This document shows positions 31,051 through 40,212 of a stretch of DNA of 64,000 bases, piece by piece; position 1 is the stretch's first letter; every line of letters begins with the position of its first letter. The position numbers were made by a program, and so were the translations under genes. Under the pieces are notes generated by a model. The model worked only from the letters and a program-made list of their open reading frames with translations. It was not told the origin of the DNA and searched no databases. This stretch comes from an uncultured bacterium (GTDB lineage: Bacteria > Oederibacteriota > PGYV01 > CAWJRG01), in contig CAWJRG010000005.1 in the NCBI GenBank assembly GCA_963845185.1, positions 576,001 to 640,000 on the forward strand, written 5' to 3'.

Positions 31051-32103
31051 TCACTTCCCCATCTGCCCGAGCGCGGCCTTTAACTCACTCTCTGAATCTA
31101 TAAGAAAATTCGCGTTTATTGCCACCTTTTCTCCTTCTGCAAGGCCCATGCTTACGACGTAATAGCCGCCTATCTTCGGCCCGAGCACAACATACCTCGG
31201 CTCAAAATACCCGTCTCCCTTGTCCACAAAAGCAATCTGCTTTGAGCCTGTGTCCATTATCGCATCTTCCGGCACTGACAGGAAAATCCCTACCGGCGAT
31301 TTTATTTTTACATTTACATACATCTCCGGTTTCAGTACACCGCCGGAATTTTTTACAAGTATCCTAACCCTTACGCTTCTTGTCTCCGGGTTTAATGCCG
31401 GATCAATGGCAACCACTTTGCCTGTTAAAGTTTCGCTGCCGGCAAAATCCAGAGTTACTTCTGCTTCAGCGCCCCTCTTCACGTATTTTAAATCGTCCTG
31501 GTAGACCTGCGCGTAAATCCACGCGGAACTCCCGCCCTCGGAGATAAGCAGGGATTTATCCGGTTCTGCCTTTCCCTCAAGCCCTTCTATCTGCTCCTGG
31601 CTTAGGCCCATGACCTTTAAGCGTGTTGCTGCAGATTCAAGCGCGTCTTTTGCCGATACCATAGCCTGTATGTCTCCTTCGGCTTTTACCTTCCTGAAAC
31701 TTGAAGCCGCGGATATATACTGCTGCTGCGCGTAATAAAGTTCCGGATCATACGCTACTACTCCTGGCGCCTGCACAGTGTTACCCAGGCTGCGCTTTGC
31801 AACCGTATCCGTGCGCACGTTTATGAGCTGTTGCTTATCAGGGTTTATTTTTACGACAACCCTGTCAGGCATTTCCGCGTTTTCTTTTTCCTGCCCGCCG
31901 GAATTTTTTATAGACTCAACAGGCACCAGCTTCATTCCGCATATCGGGCAGTCCCCGGGTTTGTCGGTTATGTAGTAAGGGTGCATGGGGCATGTCCACA
32001 GTTGTTTTTCATGCGGTGCTTTAGCCTTTGTCAGTATTATGCCGCCTGCTATGGCAGCCACAGCAACAGCAAATATAAGGATGATAAGTATATTTTTTTT
32101 CAT
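31051..32103 (-). CDS. cusB: RND periplasmic adaptor with heavy-metal-binding domain
   Basis: WTCPMHP..PGDCPICGMKL, LKPEMY and ANFLIDSES motifs. Confidence 0.88.
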   Translation of the reverse strand: MKKNILIILIFAVAVAAIAGGIILTKAKAPHEKQLWTCPMHPYYITDKPGDCPICGMKLVPVESIKNSGGQEKENAEMPDRVVVKINPDKQQLINVRTDTVAKRSLGNTVQAPGVVAYDPELYYAQQQYISAASSFRKVKAEGDIQAMVSAKDALESAATRLKVMGLSQEQIEGLEGKAEPDKSLLISEGGSSAWIYAQVYQDDLKYVKRGAEAEVTLDFAGSETLTGKVVAIDPALNPETRSVRVRILVKNSGGVLKPEMYVNVKIKSPVGIFLSVPEDAIMDTGSKQIAFVDKGDGYFEPRYVVLGPKIGGYYVVSMGLAEGEKVAINANFLIDSESELKAALGQMGK

Positions 32104-33368
32104 TGTTGTTTTGCCTCCTCCAGCGGTTTGCCGACGAGCTGTTCAAGCATCCTAAAATGCGTTAAATACTCGGTCAGGCGCATATAATAATCCTTTTTCA
32201 TGTCCAGCAGCATCCTCTCACTGTCGAGCAGGGTCATAAATTCTATTTTTTTGCTCTGGTATGACGCCATAGCAGATTTCAAGCCTGCTTCGGCCTGTGG
32301 TATAAGCTTGTTTTTATAAAGGTCAATGAGCCTGTAATCGGCTTTAATGGTTTCATAATGGTCCTTTGCCTCGTAAACTACCTTGTTCTTCTCGTCCTTA
32401 AGGCCGTTGTCCTTTGCTGATGCCGTTTCCAGTTTCTCACTTATATCTGCATGCTGGTTGGCAAAAAACCATATAGGGATTTCAGCTTCTACCATTAGTT
32501 CGTAATCGTAACCCGTTGGGTCCATGTTTCTTTTATATTGCAGGGACACATCCGGCAAATAATCTGCTATTGCCAGGTTGTACATGTTGTCCGCAAGTGT
32601 TTTATCCGCAGTTGCTGCGCTGACCGATGGCGCCCCTTTTAACACTAGCTCCTTTATCTCGTCAAATCCTGCTTTGAGCTCCGGCACCTGCGGATCCTCA
32701 AGGCTATACGCCGTACCGGTCAATAAGGAATCATCTGCAGTAACCTGCCTTAAACGCTGGATGTCCGATTCTTTTTGCTTGTTTAAAGTAAGAAGGCCGT
32801 TTTCCAGCAGGTCTGTTTCAAGGTCTGCCTTTATCACATCCTGTTGTGAAACCACGCCCTGGTTATATCTCGCAAACGCAGTGTTTGAAATCTGCTTTAA
32901 TAATGCGACTCCCTCGCCTGTTATTCCTATATATTTTATTGTCTTATACAGCTCATAATAAGCCGCCCTGGCATTGTCTATTGTTTCAAATTTTTTCATT
33001 TCATACATGTATTTATAGGCGTCGGTTTCAGCCGCGGCACCGTTTGCTTTCCAGATGTATTTCAGGGGGAAAGGTATCTTTTGCTCAACCACGAAAAACC
33101 TCATGGGCCCTGTGCCCGGGCTCAGCAAAGAAACCTGCCCGTCCATGTAATCCACTCCTGCCATGGGATTTTCAAGGAAAAATTGCTTGTGCCCTTTTGA
33201 CTCAACTGCCCTGGCTGTTTTTTCCGCGGCTATGAGTCCTGGATTGTTTAATACCGCTTTTTCAATGACAGCGGCTTCGGTTAAAACCGTCCGGTCTCCG
33301 GCGAATGCCCCAACCGCAAAAATTAATACCAGTACGGCTGCCGGAATTATAAGAGATATGTTTTTCAT
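32100..33368 (-). CDS. TolC-family outer-membrane channel
   Basis: Signal peptide, two OEP-type helical repeats, ATGA overlap with the adaptor gene. Confidence 0.85.
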   Translation of the reverse strand: MKNISLIIPAAVLVLIFAVGAFAGDRTVLTEAAVIEKAVLNNPGLIAAEKTARAVESKGHKQFFLENPMAGVDYMDGQVSLLSPGTGPMRFFVVEQKIPFPLKYIWKANGAAAETDAYKYMYEMKKFETIDNARAAYYELYKTIKYIGITGEGVALLKQISNTAFARYNQGVVSQQDVIKADLETDLLENGLLTLNKQKESDIQRLRQVTADDSLLTGTAYSLEDPQVPELKAGFDEIKELVLKGAPSVSAATADKTLADNMYNLAIADYLPDVSLQYKRNMDPTGYDYELMVEAEIPIWFFANQHADISEKLETASAKDNGLKDEKNKVVYEAKDHYETIKADYRLIDLYKNKLIPQAEAGLKSAMASYQSKKIEFMTLLDSERMLLDMKKDYYMRLTEYLTHFRMLEQLVGKPLEEAKQQ

Positions 33369-33585
33369 TTCAATCCTCCGTCAATAAAAGCCGGTATTTT
33401 TCTTGTTCTATTTGTATAAACGCAGGGAAAATGAAAAGCTTGCGGTATAATTTGTCTTTTCATCAATTCTCCTCCCATTTTCACGGACGTTATGTTCTCA
33501 ATCGGCAACCTTCAATATTATATAAATAAAAATGCGATAAACAATTTATTGTAATCCTGTTTTTATAGACTTTTATCGCCTATTT

Positions 33586-33662
33586 ATACAGCAAGGCCTC
33601 TGGCCAGGAGATTGAAAAATAATATAACGGAATCGAGGAATTGATTAAGGAAAGGGATAAGA
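33586..33662 (+). repeat. Decayed direct copy of the ABC-F gene 3' end
   Basis: 20/22 match to 26181-26202 and 48/58 match to 26242-26299, with a 42-nt deletion. Confidence 0.85.
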
Positions 33663-33674
33663 TTATCGTTTGAA

Positions 33675-34397
33675 TTAACTATTTTTCCCGGAATTAAATT
33701 TAACTAATTTATCCCACAAAATATTACCTTCATTGTCGCAATATTCAATCGCAAATTCCTTTGTGAATTTATTGATAACTTTTGAATATTCTTTTAAAAA
33801 AGCCGAATTCTTTTCTTTTGCTTTAAATCCAAGGGGTTCAATAATTTCAATATAAAAATTTTCGTCATTCGAAATAAATTCCCAAAACATCTGTCCGCAA
33901 TACTTTAAATAATCGCCTTTATTTGGATTATCATCTATGCCATAGCAGCAACCATTTACAGCAACAATGTTTGAACCTGCTATTCTCTTTGCTTGTTTAA
34001 AATTATCCTTCATTCGTTTAATCTGTTGGCTGTTTCCCCAATTGGGGCCTGATTTAATTGAAACAATATATTTAGTCCCCTTTTTCTCGAACTCCAAATC
34101 AATTCCTTCCGCTTTAGATTTATCGCCTTTAAAAACTTTACTACAAACAAAGATTGCCAGTTTTTCAAGTACACCGCCAAAAATTGCCTCTTCCTGTGAT
34201 GATAGATAAGCGTCAAGAATTGATTGAACTAAATCCTGAGCAGTAGCGATATTTTTCGCTTTAAAGAGATAAGGATTTTTCCGTTTTAATACGTCCTTGA
34301 GTTTTAATTTTAATAAATGCTCAAGTCGTTTTTTGTGAAACTCTTCTATTTGTGGTTCTGTGAATTTTATTATTTCTTCCAATAGCTTTTTTCCCAT
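33675..34397 (-). CDS. Type II restriction endonuclease, PmeII-like
   Basis: KRKNPYLF, GIDLEF..IVSIKSGPNWGNS (PD-D/ExK-like), GCCYG and GQMFWEFIS; overlaps a DNA methyltransferase. Confidence 0.8.
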   Translation of the reverse strand: MGKKLLEEIIKFTEPQIEEFHKKRLEHLLKLKLKDVLKRKNPYLFKAKNIATAQDLVQSILDAYLSSQEEAIFGGVLEKLAIFVCSKVFKGDKSKAEGIDLEFEKKGTKYIVSIKSGPNWGNSQQIKRMKDNFKQAKRIAGSNIVAVNGCCYGIDDNPNKGDYLKYCGQMFWEFISNDENFYIEIIEPLGFKAKEKNSAFLKEYSKVINKFTKEFAIEYCDNEGNILWDKLVKFNSGKNS

Positions 34398-35238
34398 ATT
34401 TAACCCTCTTCTCAAGAAGCAAAAGTTCAACTTCTTTTATATGCTCTTTTGCAATTCTTACGTAATCTGATTTAATATCTATACCCACACAATTCCTACC
34501 TAATGCTTGTGCGACTTCACAGGCCGTCCCCGAGCCAACAAATGGATCCAGTACCCAATCATATTCTTTTGTAAATAGTTTAATAAACCATTCGGGCAGG
34601 GCTTTAGGAAATGTTGCGCTATGATTTTTATTTGAGGTTTCTGTTGCCAAATATAAAACATTTGATGGATAAGCTTTTTCCCTGCCTACCCAGTTTGCTA
34701 TATTTTTCCCAAATCCGCTTCCAACTTGGGAATTGAATCTTATTGTATCATTTTTACCCAAGTGTTTAAGTCTTGTTTTAGCCCAATCTCCAACCGGAAC
34801 CATTACATTTTCCTGATACATGTTAAAATTTTTGGTCTTATTAAATTGCAGGCATCTTTCCCACGCGTCACGGAATCTATTGGGCCATTTTCCTGGATGG
34901 CAGTTCTTTTTATGCCAGATAAATTCTTCAGTCCACAACCATCCTTGTTTTATCATTTCCAAAATAAGCTCAATTACATAAGTGTGTCTTTCGCCGTTGG
35001 CGACTTTTTCTTTTATATTTAAAATAAATGTTCCGGTAGGTTTTAAAACTCTCAAAAATTGTTCCGCCCTTGGTAAAAACCATTCAACGTATTTATCAGG
35101 ACTTATTCCACCATAGGTTTTTTCTCTGCTGTCGGCATAAGGCGGGGAAGTAATAATAAGGTCAAAGTAATTATCAGGGTATTGTTTGAGTACCTCTTTA
35201 CAATCCCCCATCTTGATTTCAGCTTTTAATTCTTTCAT
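34321..35238 (-). CDS. Site-specific DNA methyltransferase, beta class (N4-C/N6-A)
   Basis: TSPPY catalytic motif precedes HSATFP and VLDPFVGSGT (SAM binding). Confidence 0.93.
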   Translation of the reverse strand: MKELKAEIKMGDCKEVLKQYPDNYFDLIITSPPYADSREKTYGGISPDKYVEWFLPRAEQFLRVLKPTGTFILNIKEKVANGERHTYVIELILEMIKQGWLWTEEFIWHKKNCHPGKWPNRFRDAWERCLQFNKTKNFNMYQENVMVPVGDWAKTRLKHLGKNDTIRFNSQVGSGFGKNIANWVGREKAYPSNVLYLATETSNKNHSATFPKALPEWFIKLFTKEYDWVLDPFVGSGTACEVAQALGRNCVGIDIKSDYVRIAKEHIKEVELLLLEKRVKYGKKAIGRNNKIHRTTNRRVSQKTT

Positions 35239-35364
35239 GATTCACCTATATAGAATAAAATCTTTTTTTATTTGTAGAATTATTATAGGTCGAAAAATTA
35301 AAGCAGTCAATTGAATTATAAATGAAAAATAATATAAGTGAATAAAATAACTATAAACAATATA

Positions 35365-37092
35365 TTATTCCCTTTTCTTTTCCATCCATTTAATTAAATC
35401 TTTCAACTGCATTGTGTTTATGACGTCTTCTTTCTTTGCCCAGCCCCGCCTGGCGACGCCAATGCCGTAAAACATGTATTTGAACTGCTCTGCCCTGTGC
35501 GCGTCAGTGTTAATCGCGAGCTTGACACCCATCTTTACAGCTTCCCTTACGTAAATGTCTTTTAAATCCAGCCTCACGGGCTGGGAATTTATTTCTATGG
35601 CAGTATTTGTTTTTATTGCCCTGTCAAAAATTTTTTCATAATCAACCTCATACGCTTCCCTTTCATTTATCATCCTGCCGCTGATATGGCCTATGATATT
35701 CAGGTATTTATTGTCCATTGCTACAAGCAGCCTTTGCGTCATTTCTTCTTTTGTCATTTTGAATTTCCTGTGCACTGAGCCTATCACAATGTCGAGCTTC
35801 TTCAGTATTTCCTCGGGATAGTCAAGCGAGCCGTCGTCGAGTATGTCCACCTCAGTGCCTTTCAGAAGAAATGCACCGCTTTGCTTTTTGTTCACCCTGT
35901 CAATCTCTTCAAGCTGCTTCAAAATCCTGTCTTTATCCAGGCCCCTGGCTATTGTCAATGCAGCCGAATGGTCTGTAATTGCCGCGTATTTATATCCTGC
36001 TTTTTTTGCCTCGTCCGCTATTTTTTCTATGCTGTCCGTGCCGTCGCTGTCCTCTGAATGCACGTGCAAATCCCCTTTTATGTCTTTTAATTCGACAAGC
36101 GCAGGAATCCGGTTTTCTTTTGCCGCGTCTATTTCATCCCCGCCAATGCGCAGTTCAGGCGGTATATACTGAAGCCCGAGTTTTTCATATATGCCCTCTT
36201 CGTCTTTGCCGGCTAAAAGTTTTTCCCCCTTGTAAAGCCCGTACTCGTTCAGCTTAAAGCCTTTCTTCACTGCCAGTTCCCTTGTCAGGACATTATGTGT
36301 CTTGTTGCCTGTAAAATATTGCATGGCAGCGCCGTAGCTTTCTTCCTCAACAACCCTTAAATCTGCCTGCATGTCGAAAACCGTGTTTACGCTTGATTTT
36401 TTTTCGCCTTTCGCGATAACATCTTTTACGATTTTCATCGAGCAGAAATCTTCCATCACGCTCTTTGCGTCACTGGCAACAGTCAGGATGTCTATGTCGC
36501 CTACGGTTTCTTCCATGCGCCGCAAACTGCCTGCAACGCTGATTTTTTTGACATGCCTGTTTTTCTCAAGTTCGCTTATTATGGCATCTGCCGCGGCATA
36601 GGCCTCTACGAGCAGTTTCCTGCTGCTGCCTTTTCTATAAAGTTCTATGCCTTTCAGCAGTTTTTCCTCGGTCTTTTCGCCGAAACCTTTTACATCAGCA
36701 AGCTTGTGCGTCTTTAAAAGCTTTTCAAGCTCGCTTACTGTTTTTATCTTGAACTTTTCTCCGATTGTAAACGCGGTTTTCGGCCCCATGCCCGGTATTT
36801 TCAAAAGTGTTTCCAGGCCTTCAGGAAGGCTTGATTTTAATTCGTCGAGGTATTTTAGTTTGCCCGTATCCAAAAGTTCTATTATTTTTTTCGCTATGCC
36901 CTCGCCTAAATGCGGTATCTCCGTGAGCCCTTGCTTGCCTTTTTGCGCGTAAACATCAGATAGTTCCTTGTCATAGCCCGCCAAAAACTGCGCGAGTTTT
37001 TGGTACGCGCGTATCTTGAATTTATTTTCGTTTTTTAGTTCAAGGAGTTCTGAGATTTCATATAGGATTTCAATGATATTGTTGTTTGTCAT
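35365..37092 (-). CDS. polX: DNA polymerase X with PHP domain
   Basis: HhH motifs, AGSLRR..GDIDIL, YFTG, LNEYGL, then GDLHVHS..SDG, ITDHS and NTDAH. Confidence 0.95.
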   Translation of the reverse strand: MTNNNIIEILYEISELLELKNENKFKIRAYQKLAQFLAGYDKELSDVYAQKGKQGLTEIPHLGEGIAKKIIELLDTGKLKYLDELKSSLPEGLETLLKIPGMGPKTAFTIGEKFKIKTVSELEKLLKTHKLADVKGFGEKTEEKLLKGIELYRKGSSRKLLVEAYAAADAIISELEKNRHVKKISVAGSLRRMEETVGDIDILTVASDAKSVMEDFCSMKIVKDVIAKGEKKSSVNTVFDMQADLRVVEEESYGAAMQYFTGNKTHNVLTRELAVKKGFKLNEYGLYKGEKLLAGKDEEGIYEKLGLQYIPPELRIGGDEIDAAKENRIPALVELKDIKGDLHVHSEDSDGTDSIEKIADEAKKAGYKYAAITDHSAALTIARGLDKDRILKQLEEIDRVNKKQSGAFLLKGTEVDILDDGSLDYPEEILKKLDIVIGSVHRKFKMTKEEMTQRLLVAMDNKYLNIIGHISGRMINEREAYEVDYEKIFDRAIKTNTAIEINSQPVRLDLKDIYVREAVKMGVKLAINTDAHRAEQFKYMFYGIGVARRGWAKKEDVINTMQLKDLIKWMEKKRE

Positions 37093-37147
37093 GTTATGCC
37101 CCTAACAATAATAATATAGCTCTTTCTTGTTTTTCTCTAATATTTTC

Positions 37148-38497
37148 TTAAAGCCTATTTACTATAATTTTTTTTCCAGGTAAATATGAACTTATCATTT
37201 GCTCAATCATTAGTTTCTTTAAATTTTCAAATTTTCCTTCAACAAAAACATCTGCATCCATATCTTCCTTATTTTTGCCGATAATTCGAGCAGGAGGAAA
37301 GAAAATATCATCACCAAGAACATGTTTAATCAAAACCTCGCAATGTTTCCTATTTTCTACACTAATAGGCGGTCTAACTCTTAATGTAATTTTATTCAAT
37401 TTATATATAAATAAATTGTCTCTGTGAATGACCTCGTCGTAAAAATTATCACCCATGATTTTTTTTATATCAGGATTTCTTTTCCCTTTTATCGTATTTA
37501 AATTGGCAGAGGAATAATTTGTAATCCCTTTTCCTATTTTTTCACCATTCAGCCCACAGATTTCAACAGCATCGCCAAAATCAAAATTCCCCTTTATGGA
37601 CAAAATACCAACGGCAAGAAGACTTTTATACGATTCTAATAAAGCCTCTTTAGCACCACTATCAATTGTTATCTCACCTTTTATTTTTAACGATGTAATT
37701 ATCCACCTTTTTTTGGAATCAATTTTCCCCTGTTTTTCCATAACCAGCGTGCCTTCTTTTATTCCCAATACTATATGCTCAATGATGCCTTCCTTATTTC
37801 CATTAGCGATTACCAGTGGTATGCCCACATAGTTCAGTTTCTTTGCTATATCAAGTTTAGTTACCATGCCGCCAGTACCGTGCGATGTCATGCCTTCCGT
37901 ATTGATGTTATTTATGGCTTCCTCGATATCTTCTATCACGCTGATTATTTTCGCGTCTTTGTACTTGTCCGGATTTTTGTCGTATATGCCATCAACTGAT
38001 GTCAGGATTATCACCAAGTCTGCGTTTACCAGGTTACCCACAATGCCAGCCAACGTATCGTTGTCACCAAATTGTATTTCTTCAGTCGCAACAGTATCGT
38101 TTTCATTTATTATGGGTATTACTTTCCATTCCAAGAGTTTATTTAAGGTGTTCCTCGCATTGATATTTTTTACCTTATTTTTTACGTCATCATGCTCGAG
38201 GAGCACTTGCGCTACAGAAACGCTGTTTTCCGAAAAAGCAGATTCATAAGCTTGCATGAGCAGTATTTGCCCCATTGCTGCGATTGCCTGCTTTTCAGAA
38301 AGCGCCGTAGGTTTTTTATCAAGTCCCAGCCTGCGCACGCCCAGTCCTATCGCGCCAGAGGAAACTATTATTATTTCTTTCCCCTTGCCATGCAAAGATG
38401 ACAGCTGCGAACACAGGCTCTTTAAAAAAGCCTTTCTTATGCCCTTTGCGTCTGTTAATAGGTTTGTGCCTACTTTTACAACTATCCTTTTATACAT
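37148..38497 (-). CDS. proB: Glutamate 5-kinase with PUA domain and an extra C-terminal extension
   Basis: RIVVKVGT, VSSGAI, INENDTV..FGDNDTL, GTGGMVTK and VIHRDNL; follows obg. Confidence 0.95.
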   Translation of the reverse strand: MYKRIVVKVGTNLLTDAKGIRKAFLKSLCSQLSSLHGKGKEIIIVSSGAIGLGVRRLGLDKKPTALSEKQAIAAMGQILLMQAYESAFSENSVSVAQVLLEHDDVKNKVKNINARNTLNKLLEWKVIPIINENDTVATEEIQFGDNDTLAGIVGNLVNADLVIILTSVDGIYDKNPDKYKDAKIISVIEDIEEAINNINTEGMTSHGTGGMVTKLDIAKKLNYVGIPLVIANGNKEGIIEHIVLGIKEGTLVMEKQGKIDSKKRWIITSLKIKGEITIDSGAKEALLESYKSLLAVGILSIKGNFDFGDAVEICGLNGEKIGKGITNYSSANLNTIKGKRNPDIKKIMGDNFYDEVIHRDNLFIYKLNKITLRVRPPISVENRKHCEVLIKHVLGDDIFFPPARIIGKNKEDMDADVFVEGKFENLKKLMIEQMISSYLPGKKIIVNRL

Positions 38498-38523
38498 GTT
38501 ATGCCTCTTTACTATCAGCTTTT

Positions 38524-38679
38524 ATCCCCTTTAACAAAGGGGATTCCCCTTCCCCCTTGACGGGGGAAGGCCGGGATGAGGGTAGCGTAGTTACCACTAT
38601 CCACTCATTCCGTTAATGCCGTTTTGCTGCTACTTCACCCTCACCTTTATCCTCTCCCATCGAGGGAGAGGATATCACT
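38524..38679. repeat. Double-hairpin REP/MITE-like element, copy 2, plus an extra hairpin
   Basis: Same layout as 15541-15681, preceded by atcccctttaacaaaggggat. Confidence 0.8.
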
Positions 38680-38698
38680 GGCTAAAAGTTTTCTAACA

Positions 38699-39955
38699 TT
38701 ATTCTTCCTCATACACAAAATCCTTATTGCCTATTACAACAATATCGCCTTCCTGTACTCCGTTTTCTTTAAGATAAGCTTCAATGCCGGATTTTCTCAG
38801 GTATTTCCTGAAAACCTCTATTGTCTCAAGGCTTTTAAAATCAAGCATTGCCACGTATTTTTCCGCCTGCTTGCTGGCAAGCCTGAACACACCTGTTTCA
38901 ATTTTCTCAAGAGCCATCCTCTCTGGCGGCTCAAAAACCGCATCAGGCTTTTCCTCAGCCACATCCGGAGGCATGTCTTTTAAAATATTATAAACTTTAT
39001 TCATCACGTTGGAAAGCCCAATTTTTTCCTTTGCAGACACGAATAAAACATCTATTTTCTTCTTTTTAAACAGTGAGCGTATCTTTTTTTTCTCTGCCTC
39101 TGACAGCAAATCAGCCTTATTTATAACCACTACCTGCGGCTTGTCAATAAGCTTTTTATTGTAGGTTTTCAGCTCCTTATTTACTATATTATATGCGGAT
39201 ATTGGCTCCTCCTGTGTGCCGTCTATCAGGTGGATATATACCTTTATCCTCTCAATGTGCCTTAAAAACTCAATGCCAAGCCCTTTGCCTGCTGACGCGC
39301 CCTCGATAAGGCCAGGCATATCTGCCAGGACAAATGAATACGTGTCTGAATATCTCACTATGCCGAGCATTGGCGTCAGCGTGGTAAAGGGATAATCAGC
39401 TATTTTAGGGTGCGCGTTTGACATTTTCGACAGCAAAGTTGACTTGCCCGCGTTCGCGAGGCCTATTATGCCCACATCCGCAAGTATCTTAAGTTCCAGA
39501 ATCAGGTCTTTTTCATCGCCCGGCTCGCCTTTTTCATAAAACCTCGGCGCCTGGTGTGTTGCGGTTTTGAACCTGGCATTGCCCCTGCCGCCCCTGCCGC
39601 CGCCAACCACGTTTATTTTATCGCCATGATGCACGAGATCCTTGATGATATTTTTTGTTTTCGCGTCCCTTATGAGCGTGCCGAGCGGGACTTTTATTAC
39701 AAGGTCCTCGCCGTTCCTTCCGTGCCTGTTGCTTGTGCCGCCCTTGCCGCCGTCGTTTGCATTGAAAATCTGGCGGTAATGGAAATCAATTAAAGTCGTG
39801 AGGTTTTTATCCGCCTCGATATATACATGCCCGCCCCTGCCGCCGTCCCCGCCGTCAGGCCCGCCCTTTGGCACGTATTTTTCCCTACGGAAAGTGGCCA
39901 TGCCGTCCCCGCCTTTTCCCGACCTTACCTTTATTTTTGTGTAGTCTATAAACAT
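38699..39955 (-). CDS. obgE: GTPase Obg/CgtA
   Basis: FRREKYVPKGGPDGGDGG, NAGKSTLL, YPFTTL, DMPGLIEGA and NKAD motifs, plus C-terminal domain. Confidence 0.97.
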   Translation of the reverse strand: MFIDYTKIKVRSGKGGDGMATFRREKYVPKGGPDGGDGGRGGHVYIEADKNLTTLIDFHYRQIFNANDGGKGGTSNRHGRNGEDLVIKVPLGTLIRDAKTKNIIKDLVHHGDKINVVGGGRGGRGNARFKTATHQAPRFYEKGEPGDEKDLILELKILADVGIIGLANAGKSTLLSKMSNAHPKIADYPFTTLTPMLGIVRYSDTYSFVLADMPGLIEGASAGKGLGIEFLRHIERIKVYIHLIDGTQEEPISAYNIVNKELKTYNKKLIDKPQVVVINKADLLSEAEKKKIRSLFKKKKIDVLFVSAKEKIGLSNVMNKVYNILKDMPPDVAEEKPDAVFEPPERMALEKIETGVFRLASKQAEKYVAMLDFKSLETIEVFRKYLRKSGIEAYLKENGVQEGDIVVIGNKDFVYEEE

Positions 39956-39983
39956 TTTTTCTCCACGGCTCAAATAATTTTTA

Positions 39984-40100
39984 TTCCGTGGTTGCGAATA
40001 CCGTAGGCCTTAGCCTGCGGATGAGCATATCGTGATCAATGCGCGAAGCGAAAACCCATCGGAACAAGAATACCCCGCACCTTGTTGCGGGGATTCTTTT
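39984..40100. repeat. Nested-hairpin element resembling IS200/IS605 ends, without transposase
   Basis: gaatacc-initiated hairpins ccgtaggc/gcctgcgg (40001-40020) and ccccgca/tgcgggg (40073-40092). Confidence 0.5.
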
Positions 40101-40212
40101 TTATTATAACATAAAATCCTTAAAAACAGTTACAAAGGAACTAATCTTATTTTCCTTGCAACCTTTTACCGAAACAAGCATAATAATATGTAAATAACAT
40201 ACGAGGTGACTT

